Below are positions 43,905 through 52,739 of a stretch of 64,000 nucleotides of DNA, one piece after another. The stretch lies in NCBI GenBank assembly GCA_043807425.1, contig JAZDFZ010000067.1, positions 12,545-76,544 on the forward strand, written 5' to 3'. The position numbers and the translations under genes are program-made. How positions within the stretch are numbered: the first letter of the stretch is position 1; each line of letters starts with the position of its first letter. A model generated the notes under the pieces. That model had not been told where the DNA came from. It worked only from the letters and a program-made list of their open reading frames with translations, and ran no database searches. Source of the DNA: Actinomycetota bacterium (lineage in GTDB: Bacteria; Actinomycetota; Geothermincolia; Fen-727; Anoxymicrobiaceae).

Positions 43905-44897
43905 TCACCGCCCCCCCGCTATGATCCGCTCCGCGGCCCTGACGGCGGCGTTCGAGGGGATCGCGAACGCTATGCCCTCCGAGCCGCCCGACTGGGTCGC
44001 TATAACCGCGTTTATGCCGATCAGCTTCGATGAGGAATCGCACAACGCCCCGCCGGAGTTCCCCGGGTTTATGGGGGCGTCGGTCTGAATGAGGCCGTCC
44101 AGCTGTACCGTCTCACCGAGGTCGTTCACCGCCCGCACGCTGCGGTCCAGCGCGCTGATGATCCCCGAGGTGACGGTCTGCTGGAATCCGAGCGGACTGC
44201 CGATGGCCACGACCAGCTCGCCGACGACCAGGGAGTCAGAGTCGCCGATCGTCACCGGGTCAAGCCCGGTGACGTCGATCTTGACCACTGCGATGTCGCT
44301 TGCCTGGTCCGCGCCGACGAGTGTGCCGGCGTACTGCCGGCCGTCTCCCATGGTAACGGTGATCGTGTCCACGCTTCCGACCAGGTGGTTGTTGGTGATG
44401 ATGTAGCCGTCGGACCGGTAGACGACCCCCGATCCGCTGCCGACGGTGGGGGTAGCGGTGGTGGTGGTCTGCGGCGGCGCGCTGCGGATGTCGATGTTTA
44501 CGATCGAGCCGGTCACGTTCCTGGCCACCATGGAGACATCGGCCGAGCCTCCGGAGGGGCTTACCACCGTTACCCTCTCGGCCTGGCCGGTGCTCCTCAC
44601 CCTGCCGCGAACCAGGTCGTAGGGGTTCACCCCGAATAACGCCGGGAGGGCGAGCAGGACCAGGAACGCCCCGATGAGCCCGGCCGCGATGACCTTGCCC
44701 CATCCGACGGTCTTGACGCGTGCGCGGCACCACTCCTTCCAGTCTCCGCCATCGGGCGGCCCCGGAGGGCAGTTCGAGCCGTCTCCCCGGGGGTCGGTCG
44801 AGCCTGCTCGGGGTACCTCACCGCCCTTATCGTCCCGGCGCCCGTACTGCTGTCCGTCATCCCGTTCCATTCCCTCGCTCCGTTCCTGCTTGGCCAC
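43905..44897 (-). CDS. trypsin-like serine protease (HtrA/S1C-like, no PDZ) with N-terminal cytoplasmic tail and one TM helix
   Basis: Catalytic triad context ITNNHLV (His), DIAVVKI (Asp) and GNSGGAL (Ser). TM helix VIAAGLIGAFLVLLALPALF. Start codon uncertain. Confidence 0.8.
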   Translation of the reverse strand: MAKQERSEGMERDDGQQYGRRDDKGGEVPRAGSTDPRGDGSNCPPGPPDGGDWKEWCRARVKTVGWGKVIAAGLIGAFLVLLALPALFGVNPYDLVRGRVRSTGQAERVTVVSPSGGSADVSMVARNVTGSIVNIDIRSAPPQTTTTATPTVGSGSGVVYRSDGYIITNNHLVGSVDTITVTMGDGRQYAGTLVGADQASDIAVVKIDVTGLDPVTIGDSDSLVVGELVVAIGSPLGFQQTVTSGIISALDRSVRAVNDLGETVQLDGLIQTDAPINPGNSGGALCDSSSKLIGINAVIATQSGGSEGIAFAIPSNAAVRAAERIIAGGR

Positions 44898-45034
44898 CGC
44901 GGGGTACTACTTCGCCCGGCGCGCCCGGCACCCTGCCGCTTCGCCTGCCAATCCTTTGAGGCGTTTGTTGGAGGTAGAATAGAAGCACCCCCACCCCGGC
45001 CCTCCCGAGGGGGAGGGGGGAACAGGAGCGGCGC

Positions 45035-46030
45035 ATGTACGACGAGATGGGAAGGGTCCACGGTTGCCTCGCCGGGCTGGCGGTCGGGGACGCGATGGGC
45101 AGGCCGACCGAGCTGCTGCTCAACTACCGGAGGATCGAGCGGCGCTACGGAAGGGTGACCGGGCTGGTGGGCAGGGACGCCGGCATGGTCACGGACGATA
45201 CCAGGCTCACTCTTACGGTCGCCGACGCCATTCTGGCGAACGGGGGGATCGTCGACGCGGACGGGCTCATCGACTCCTGGAAAGACAACCCCGAGTTCGC
45301 CTGGCGGAAGTTCCTGCGCTCCTTCAACCGCAGGGACGGCTTCTGGATCGGCGAGCACATCGTCGCCTGGGCGGGCAGGCTCGGGTTGCCCGGGCACCTG
45401 GCGGGCCTGCTCAATCCTTCGTGGCTGGCCGCGGGCAACGAGGCGGCCATGATAATGGCGCCGGTGGGAATACTCTTCAGGGGGCGCCCGGAGGAGGCTA
45501 TGCGCGCGGGCCGGGACCTGGGGCGGGCCTGCATCACCGGACCGGCCCTGGACGTGGCGGGCATGTGGGCCGCATGCATCGCCGAGGCCCTGGCGTGTGG
45601 AGCGACCGTAGGATCGGTGCTCGAGGCCGCCGTCTCCTTCTCCACGGATCGCGTCAGGGGATACGTGGACCGTGCCCTGGCCCTCAGCAAGGGCTACTCC
45701 GACCCGTACTCGGCAAGGGCGGAGCTGTACCGCTGCTGCCTGCAGCCGGTCTTCATAGACGCCCGCGAGACCGTTCCCATCGCGCTGTCGATGTTCGCCA
45801 TTGCTGAGGGAGACCCGATGACCGCCATCCTGGGAGGAGCCAACTTCGGCCGGGACTCCGACACCATAGCGGGCATGGCGGGCCTGCTGTCCGGGGCGCT
45901 CGCGGGCTTCGGAGCTATCGATGTCGGGGCTTACGCGAAGGTGACGCGGGCCAACGACTTCGACCTCGGCCGCTACGCCGAGAGGCTGCTGGCGATCGGA
46001 TCGGCGCCGGAGGTTGCTCAGGGGGAGTGA
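45035..46030 (+). CDS. ADP-ribosylglycohydrolase family protein (DraG-like)
   Basis: N-terminal GCLAGLAVGDAMG, D/T-rich metal-binding blocks and C-terminal GGANFGRDSDTIAGMAGLLSGA typical of the ADP-ribosylglycohydrolase fold. AGGAG SD. Confidence 0.8.
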   Translation: MYDEMGRVHGCLAGLAVGDAMGRPTELLLNYRRIERRYGRVTGLVGRDAGMVTDDTRLTLTVADAILANGGIVDADGLIDSWKDNPEFAWRKFLRSFNRRDGFWIGEHIVAWAGRLGLPGHLAGLLNPSWLAAGNEAAMIMAPVGILFRGRPEEAMRAGRDLGRACITGPALDVAGMWAACIAEALACGATVGSVLEAAVSFSTDRVRGYVDRALALSKGYSDPYSARAELYRCCLQPVFIDARETVPIALSMFAIAEGDPMTAILGGANFGRDSDTIAGMAGLLSGALAGFGAIDVGAYAKVTRANDFDLGRYAERLLAIGSAPEVAQGE

Positions 46031-46222
46031 GGCCCGCCCTCATACTCCGCATCGAGCAGCGGCCGGCTCAGGGCTTCGACCGCGGGCCCTGCTTCCCTGT
46101 TTCGCATCGGGGTCTGACGCCGATGCGAAAATCGTCCGGTCTGTTCACCGGAACCGCCGGAGTCCTTCGCATTTCCGTAACACGCGCGGGCTAACGTGAA
46201 ACCACAGCTGTAAGGGGTATTA

Positions 46223-46927
46223 TTGTTACACATGAACGAGAAGATACTTATCGTCGACGACGAGAAGAAGCTGGTCGGTATGCTGGTGACGGCCCTCGAG
46301 CAGGAGGGTTACGTCACCGTGCCCGCGTACGACGGCGTCGAGGCCCTGGAGGCCTGGCGGACGGAGCGACCTGACCTGGTGGTGCTGGACATCCTGATGC
46401 CGCGAATGGACGGGTTGGAGTTCTGCCGCAACGTCCGCGGGACCTCGGACACGCCGATCATAATCCTTTCGGCGCGCTCCGAGGAGTTCGACAAGCTGGA
46501 GGGCCTGGGGATCGGCGCAGACGACTACATGACCAAGCCGTTCAGCTTCAGGGAGCTGGTGGCCAGGATAAGGGCGCTGCTGAGACGCAGGGCGATGGTG
46601 GTGGACCCGGTGAGGCCGACGGTGGCGGCGGGGCCGCTTGTCATGGACACCGAGCGGCACAGCGTCGAGATACAGGGCCGGCCGGTCTCGCTGACTTCGA
46701 CCGAGTTCGACCTGCTGCTGGCACTCGCTTCGGACCCCGAGCGGGTCTTCTCACGGTCCCGGCTCATCGAGGCCATCCAGGGGGACTCCTTCGAGGGCTA
46801 CGAGAGGACGATCGACGCGCACGTTGGCAACATCAGGAGAAAGCTCGCCGAGCAGGCCGGCGACTGGAGCATCATTGAGACGGTCTACGGGGTCGGATAC
46901 CGGTTCAAAGCACAGAAGACGACTTAG
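46223..46927 (+). CDS. OmpR-family response regulator
   Basis: Receiver domain ILIVDDE...DLVVLDILMPRMDG...K. Winged-helix C-terminus (FDLLLALASDPERVFSRSRL...VGNIRRKL...GVGYRF). Start may be ATG 46232. Confidence 0.85.
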   Translation: MLHMNEKILIVDDEKKLVGMLVTALEQEGYVTVPAYDGVEALEAWRTERPDLVVLDILMPRMDGLEFCRNVRGTSDTPIIILSARSEEFDKLEGLGIGADDYMTKPFSFRELVARIRALLRRRAMVVDPVRPTVAAGPLVMDTERHSVEIQGRPVSLTSTEFDLLLALASDPERVFSRSRLIEAIQGDSFEGYERTIDAHVGNIRRKLAEQAGDWSIIETVYGVGYRFKAQKTT

Positions 46928-48140
46928 CCTCAAGACGCGACTCTTCCTGGCTATACTCGGGGTCGCCCTGATCTGCATCCTGGCCTCTGCGCTGCTGGCC
47001 AACATCATCATTCACCGGCAGATCAACAAGTTCGTGGTGGATGAGGGGCTCTACCCTGCCAACCCGAACGCCCGGCAACCGATCAATCCCCAGCCGTTGA
47101 ACACCGCCCCCCGGCCGGCCAACCCCCAGCAGACGGTTCCACGGCCGGCGCCCGTTCCGAACCCCACCCCACCGCTCCCGCAGAGGCTGCCGCCTCCTCC
47201 AGAGCCGAGCTACTTGAACTGGATCTTCGTGCTGGCGGGGGTACTGGGGGTGATGCTCGCCCTCATCTTCAGCCTCTACCTGGCAAACCGCATCTCCAGG
47301 CCTCTCTCGGAGCTGACCGGCGCCTCGCGCGAGATCGCCGAGGGTAACTACTCGGAGCGGGTGGAGGTGGGCGGGGGGGCCGAGGTGGAGGAGCTGGGCC
47401 ACGCCTTCAACACACTCGCCGAGAGCCTGGAGCGCAACGAGGAGCTCCGCAGGCAGATGGTGGCGGACATAGCTCACGAGCTGCGCAACCCCCTGGCCAC
47501 CCTGCGCGGTCAGCTGGAGCTGATGCAGGACGGCAAGGTGCCGCAGTCCCGTGAGGCCCTGGACTCCCTGATGGAGGACGCGGTCCTGCTCTCGCGGCTG
47601 GTCGAGGACCTCAGGCAACTATCGCTCATGGAGGCCGGGAAGATGGACCTGGACCTGGTCCCGGTGGATGCCGCCCAGACCGTGCGCTCGGTGGCGGCGA
47701 GGTTCGAATACGAGGTGGCCGAGGGGGCCGGCACCATCGAGGTGCGTGTCCCCGACGAGCTGCCACGCGTAAGGGCGGACCAGCACAGGCTCGACCAGGT
47801 GCTGGGCAACCTGGTGAGGAACGCCCTCACGCACCTGCCCCCGGGCGGGACGGTGAGACTCGAGGCGACTACCTGCCCCGGCGGCGTACTCTTCAGCGTC
47901 AGCGACAGCGGGCCGGGCATACCTGCCGAGGAACTCCCCTACATCTTCGAGAGGTTCTACCGGGCGGACCGGTCGCGGGCGCGCGCCACGGGGGGAGCCG
48001 GGCTGGGCCTGAGTATCGCCAGGAGCCTGGTCGAGGCGCAAGGTGGCCATATCCGTGCCGACAGCCAGCCGGGCAGGGGCACCACCATCAGCTTCACCAT
48101 TCCCACCTACTCGGCCGCCTCATACCAGGTTGGGGGTTAA
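46875..48140 (+). CDS. sensor histidine kinase (TM, HAMP, HisKA, HATPase)
   Basis: H-box IAHELRNPLATLRGQ. N/G1/G2 boxes LVRNALTH...GGAGLGLSIARSLVEAQGG. Pro-rich periplasmic linker. Start uncertain (TTG 46875; track ATG 46824 overlaps the RR gene by 100 nt). Confidence 0.8.
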   Translation: MRRSTGSDTGSKHRRRLSLKTRLFLAILGVALICILASALLANIIIHRQINKFVVDEGLYPANPNARQPINPQPLNTAPRPANPQQTVPRPAPVPNPTPPLPQRLPPPPEPSYLNWIFVLAGVLGVMLALIFSLYLANRISRPLSELTGASREIAEGNYSERVEVGGGAEVEELGHAFNTLAESLERNEELRRQMVADIAHELRNPLATLRGQLELMQDGKVPQSREALDSLMEDAVLLSRLVEDLRQLSLMEAGKMDLDLVPVDAAQTVRSVAARFEYEVAEGAGTIEVRVPDELPRVRADQHRLDQVLGNLVRNALTHLPPGGTVRLEATTCPGGVLFSVSDSGPGIPAEELPYIFERFYRADRSRARATGGAGLGLSIARSLVEAQGGHIRADSQPGRGTTISFTIPTYSAASYQVGG

Positions 48141-48176
48141 CACCGGGGGTTGACTGTGTCTGGCACCGTCAACAGG

Positions 48177-50978
48177 TTACTTCCACTCGAGTTGGGGGTT
48201 GGCGATCGCGTGCGTTGCGGGCGACGGTCGGAGCGCGGCTTTCCCGCGTGGCACGGGTGGCAGCGCGGCGCGCGCGATGTGCCAGAGGGTTCCCGCCATG
48301 AAGGTAATGGAGCGCACGCCCCGGATCGAGGAGGCGCCGTGCGATCGCTCCCTCATCTCAACCGGGACCTCAACCCAGCGGATACCCACCCTGTGAAGCA
48401 GCACCAGGGACTCCGCCTCCGGGTAGCCGTCGGGGTAGCGGTCGGCCAGGAAGAGGAGCGCGCGCCTGTTCATAGCCCTGAACCCGGAGGTGGTATCGGT
48501 CACGGTCCGCCCGGTCGCGGCCGACACGGCGCGGGACAGAAGGATCGTACCCGCCCGCCTCAGCGGCGGAGGCCGGTAGCCGTCGGTACCGAGGAAGCGC
48601 GAGCCGATTGCCAGGTCGCATTCCCCCGACCTCAGGGGGACGAGCAGCCGCCCGATCTGGGCCGGGTCGTGCTGCCCGTCGCCGTCCACCTGCACCGCGA
48701 AGGTGTAACCGTGGTCCAGCGCATAACGCATCCCGGTCCGAAGCGCGGCCCCTACGCCGGAGTTCCCACTGTGCGACAGGACGACCGCGCCCGCCCGCCA
48801 CGCGGCCGCCGCCGTCCCGTCATTCGAACCGTCGTCGACCACGAGCACGTCGGTGAGGTCGGATGAGCGCCGGACCTCTCGGACCACATCCGCGACGGTG
48901 GGTGCCTCGTTGAAGCACGGGACTATCGCCAGGACCCGCCCATTGCTGAAGAGCGTGCGGCTCTCCGACGTCGGCGCCGGTGCGGTGGGCACCGGGGCCG
49001 GGTCGCCGTCGCGGAGCGGGTCGGGACCGGTGCGGAACCAGTCGACGAGGATGGCCGCGAGCGCAAGGGCCAGCAGAGGGAACACCACGTACCACGGAAT
49101 GACCGTCCCGCGCTCGGTCACCGTCGAGGTGGCCGCGGCGTTGCGGTAGACGCTGTATGAGCCGGCGGTGCCGACGAGCTCGTAGGTCGAGGTGTCTATG
49201 TTGGAGTTCCCCGACGGGCCCATCCTTGCCGGGTTGAGGCCTCCCGCCGTCGTGCCGTAGGTGCCCGCACCCCCCGATGCGCCCTGGACCACTATCAGGG
49301 TCGCGTCCGCGGCGGAACCTTCCCCGGGGCCGCTGCTCCCCTCGGACTTGACCTCGTGGAACATCCCTGACGTGGAGGCGCGTCCCGTGAGCCCGGTGAT
49401 CATGTTGCCCAGTGGTCCCGAGGAGGCGTGGACGATCTGGTCTTCCGTGCTGTTGGCCTTGATGATCCGGGCCAGCTCGAGCTCGTCCGTGCCTATCAGC
49501 GGGGAGCCGCTCAACGACTGCTGCATGGCCATGCCGTCGTTCTTGACGCTGCTCCCCTGGTTGCCCAGCAGGGTCAGGATCGTAGTCTTCGTGGAGCGCA
49601 GGCCGCTCCCGCCGGCACCCATCGGGCCACCGTTCATCCGCGGACCCGCGGCGATACCGTTTCCCGGCTGTCCCGTTGAGGCACCTGGCGGGGCGGGAGG
49701 CTGCACCACGGTCCCCGATACACCGTACCGCCCCCCCTGCTGCGGTGGGGACGGCATGCCGCCGAGGCCGTTGGGCACCTGTCCATTGACACCGGCGTTC
49801 GCGCCCGGCGGGAGCTGGCCATTCCCAGGGAGATGGCTCTGCTGCCCCGGTGCCCGTATGCCCTGTGTACCGGCGCCTCCGGGTCCCGCACCGCGGCCCC
49901 CCGTGGCGTACACCGGGTCTACGAACAGGAAAAGGGCCACCGGCACTGCCATCACGATGGCGGCAAACGCCCTGGCACCCGTCCTGCTATGCAGCAGGCT
50001 CGAGGCCCTCTCACCGAGGAATCCCTGCAGCCCGGAGAGCGCTACCCCGCCGAGCATCGCCAGCGGCATGAACACGTGCGCGTTCCAGAACCGGTCCGGG
50101 TAGAAGAACGCGATGGGGACGAAGCCGAGAAGGAAGCTCGGTAGCAGGTAGTAGCGTCCCTTCTTGAAGTAGCAGTAGACGAAGCCGGCCAGCGCCACCA
50201 GCCAGATCAGCACGTGTATCGAGATCCCGCCGCCCGTAGGGCTGCTGAAGCTCAAGGAGCGGTAGTTGGCCAGGATGTGTATTCCCCAGGGCAGCCACAG
50301 GAGGTACGCCCCCACAAGCACGACCGCGATCTCCTTGAAGTTCTCGCGCCTGTGCACCGCGTAGATCAGCAGGGCGAACGCCACCAGGTGGCCCAGTGTG
50401 AGATGGCTGTAGAGCGCCAGCGCCAGCAGGACCGCCGCGGCGATCCTGCGGTTCCTCTCTACGGCGACAAAGATCAGGGGTGTCAGGACGAGGACCAGCG
50501 AGGCCGCGCTCTCGACCGCCGAATGCCAGAACAGCAGGTAGCAGGAGCAGATGAGCACAGTGGTGTAGAAGGCGGTGCGGCTGGAGAAGAGCCTTCTCAT
50601 GCAGTACCAGGTGGTGAAGGCGATCAGCGGGAACGCGGCAAAGGCGACCAGCCTGCCGGCACTCAACGTGGAGAGACCCAGGCCGGTGAGGGCGAACATG
50701 ATGATGTGCAGGAGCGGCGGATAGAGCTGTGCCCTGCCCGCGGGTGCGAACTCCCAGAACGAGTGGAGCGCAACGCCGCCGGCGCGCGCGTAACCGGAGG
50801 TGACCCCCATGTGGTAGTACGTGTCCATGTGTACGGGGTACTTGCTCCAGTACGCCAGCGCAAGGCAAAGCACGATCGCTATCAGAGCGAAGGCCAGCCC
50901 GTCGTAGACGTCGAATCGACGTAGTGCCTCGCGGATCCTGTTCATCGATGCCTCCAGTGCGTCGGTGTTCGACTTCAT
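48177..50978 (-). CDS. fusion protein: N-terminal polytopic membrane domain (YfhO/ArnT-like, ~11 TM), Gly/Pro/Gln-rich linker, C-terminal GT2 glycosyltransferase (Dpm1/DPG-synthase-like)
   Basis: GT2 motifs VLAIVPCFNEAPTV, VVDDGSNDGT and DGDGQHDP in the last ~250 aa, preceded by a TM helix (WYVVFPLLALALAAILV). N-terminal 400 aa are strongly hydrophobic. Single ORF without stops, but a split into two genes cannot be excluded. Confidence 0.55.
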   Translation of the reverse strand: MKSNTDALEASMNRIREALRRFDVYDGLAFALIAIVLCLALAYWSKYPVHMDTYYHMGVTSGYARAGGVALHSFWEFAPAGRAQLYPPLLHIIMFALTGLGLSTLSAGRLVAFAAFPLIAFTTWYCMRRLFSSRTAFYTTVLICSCYLLFWHSAVESAASLVLVLTPLIFVAVERNRRIAAAVLLALALYSHLTLGHLVAFALLIYAVHRRENFKEIAVVLVGAYLLWLPWGIHILANYRSLSFSSPTGGGISIHVLIWLVALAGFVYCYFKKGRYYLLPSFLLGFVPIAFFYPDRFWNAHVFMPLAMLGGVALSGLQGFLGERASSLLHSRTGARAFAAIVMAVPVALFLFVDPVYATGGRGAGPGGAGTQGIRAPGQQSHLPGNGQLPPGANAGVNGQVPNGLGGMPSPPQQGGRYGVSGTVVQPPAPPGASTGQPGNGIAAGPRMNGGPMGAGGSGLRSTKTTILTLLGNQGSSVKNDGMAMQQSLSGSPLIGTDELELARIIKANSTEDQIVHASSGPLGNMITGLTGRASTSGMFHEVKSEGSSGPGEGSAADATLIVVQGASGGAGTYGTTAGGLNPARMGPSGNSNIDTSTYELVGTAGSYSVYRNAAATSTVTERGTVIPWYVVFPLLALALAAILVDWFRTGPDPLRDGDPAPVPTAPAPTSESRTLFSNGRVLAIVPCFNEAPTVADVVREVRRSSDLTDVLVVDDGSNDGTAAAAWRAGAVVLSHSGNSGVGAALRTGMRYALDHGYTFAVQVDGDGQHDPAQIGRLLVPLRSGECDLAIGSRFLGTDGYRPPPLRRAGTILLSRAVSAATGRTVTDTTSGFRAMNRRALLFLADRYPDGYPEAESLVLLHRVGIRWVEVPVEMRERSHGASSIRGVRSITFMAGTLWHIARAALPPVPRGKAALRPSPATHAIANPQLEWK

Positions 50979-51047
50979 GCTAGAGGCGATAGGTCAAACG
51001 GGTATTAAGGAAATTCCGACTTTGTGTGAAAAACCGCTGTGAATCCC

Positions 51048-51164
51048 CTGAGAATTCACCTCAACCATTATTTCTCATAGCGATGGCGGGCGCTTGTGTG
51101 ATGCGGCTTGAGGTTGTGTTTCAGTGCATTTACATGGGAAAAGATGGTTGAGGTCAATTCTCAC
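51048..51164. repeat. MITE/REP-like palindromic element, copy B (inverted relative to copy A), abutting the stop codon of the flavoprotein gene
   Basis: Terminal inverted repeats CACCTCAACCATTATTTCTC ... GGGAAAAGATGGTTGAGGTC. Its reverse complement aligns with 16742-16905; it is ~50 bp shorter because of an internal indel. Confidence 0.6.
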
Positions 51165-52659
51165 GTGCGATGAAGGGGCGGCCGTCCCTGGCACAGATGA
51201 CCTGGATAATCTCGCGGCCGTGCTGGGCGGCGGGGGGAAGGCCCCCACCGGGGGACAGCCACTGTCCGATCATGTGGAAGCCCTCGAGCCCGGGCAGCTG
51301 CCGTTTCATCCCCTTCATCATGTACTTGCTGGTCCGGTTGGTGATGAGGAATCCCTCGAAACTGCCGCGCCAGTTCCCGGTGTAGCGCTCGTAGGTGGCG
51401 GGCGTCGCCACGTCGACCACCTCGACCTTCCCCGCGAAGCCGCGGTGCCGGGAGGCGATGGCAGCGATGACCGCGGAGGCCACCTCCTCCTTCTCGGCCT
51501 TGTAGCGCTTTCTGTCCTTGCGCAGGGCCTTCCAGTAGTCGAAGTCGGACTCCAGGTAGACCACCAGCGCCGACTTGCCTTCCGGGGCCATGGTGGGGTC
51601 ATAGCAGTAGTGCTGGATGGCGATACGGTCGTATGCCTTTCCGGCGGCCAGGAACGGCTTGCTGAGCGGGAAGTTGACCATGTGGGGCTCGTCGCTGAAG
51701 TCGGCCTCGACCCCCAGGGACACCTGCATTATCGCGGGGAACAGCGGGAAGGTCGCGTAGTACCCTCTTATCTCGGGGTCGGTGAACCGGCCGTCCAGCA
51801 TATCGAAGATGGTGCTGTGCCCGTCCGCGGCCGAGACCACGACGTCGGCCCTGTGCTCGCTGCCGTCGGCCAACCGGATCCCCACCGCGCGGCCCCCCTC
51901 GACCAGTATCTTCTCCACCCGCGACTTGTAGGAGACGGCCCCACCAAGGTCGAGGTAGCGCCGCTCGATGGCGCGCGAGAACTCGAGTGAGCCTCCGACG
52001 GGATACCCGGCGTCCCGCGCGTGCATCCACGCGAAGGTCATCAGCGCCGCCAGCATGGGAAAGTCCGGTACCTCGAACACCCGCGGGAAGGCGTCGCGCA
52101 GGAACTCCGTGGAGAGGCCGGCGCCGAACTCCTGTATCGATTTCCCCTTCCAGCGCATGAACGGCCCGGCAAGGGGCAGCATCCCCGGTAGCATCTTCAG
52201 GCCGTCCAGCGGCTTGCGGAGCTCGGGGGGGTTCTCCGGCGCCGCGGGCATCGCGGTCAGAGCCTTGATGTCACAGACCATCCGGTCGAAGACCGCGGAG
52301 TCCCCGGGGGAGAGCTGCTTCAGGTGAGCGCCCAGCCGGTCGGCGTCTGTGTAGATCACCAGCGCCTTGCCGCCCTCGCCTTCGACCCGGCAGAACTCCT
52401 CGTGGTCGACGATGGTGCGCTCCTGCAGGGCACCCAGCTCCCGCCATATCCGGTTGTACTCGCTCCCGGGTCGAGAGCCCACCAGCCAGTGTATGCACCC
52501 GTCGAAGGTGTACCCCTTGCGCGTCCACGAGGTGCACACGCCGCCCGGCTTGTCGTGCATCTCGAAGATGGTGGTATCGTAACCGTTCATCCGCGCGTAG
52601 CATCCGGCCGAGAGCCCGGCGACCCCCGCCCCGATTATGATGATAGAGCCGGCACCCAT
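51154..52659 (-). CDS. NAD(P)/FAD-dependent oxidoreductase of the phytoene-desaturase (CrtI/COG1233) family
   Basis: N-terminal IIIIGAGVAGLSAGCYARMNG Rossmann motif. ~500 aa amine-oxidase-like fold. ATG 52659 is preceded by AGGAAAGGAG. Confidence 0.75.
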   Translation of the reverse strand: MGAGSIIIIGAGVAGLSAGCYARMNGYDTTIFEMHDKPGGVCTSWTRKGYTFDGCIHWLVGSRPGSEYNRIWRELGALQERTIVDHEEFCRVEGEGGKALVIYTDADRLGAHLKQLSPGDSAVFDRMVCDIKALTAMPAAPENPPELRKPLDGLKMLPGMLPLAGPFMRWKGKSIQEFGAGLSTEFLRDAFPRVFEVPDFPMLAALMTFAWMHARDAGYPVGGSLEFSRAIERRYLDLGGAVSYKSRVEKILVEGGRAVGIRLADGSEHRADVVVSAADGHSTIFDMLDGRFTDPEIRGYYATFPLFPAIMQVSLGVEADFSDEPHMVNFPLSKPFLAAGKAYDRIAIQHYCYDPTMAPEGKSALVVYLESDFDYWKALRKDRKRYKAEKEEVASAVIAAIASRHRGFAGKVEVVDVATPATYERYTGNWRGSFEGFLITNRTSKYMMKGMKRQLPGLEGFHMIGQWLSPGGGLPPAAQHGREIIQVICARDGRPFIAREN

Positions 52660-52739
52660 CTGGAGCTCCTTTCCTCGTAACCGCGAGTCGCGGCATATGC
52701 GCAAGGTCGTTTCACCGCCAATCAATTATACTGCTGTGC

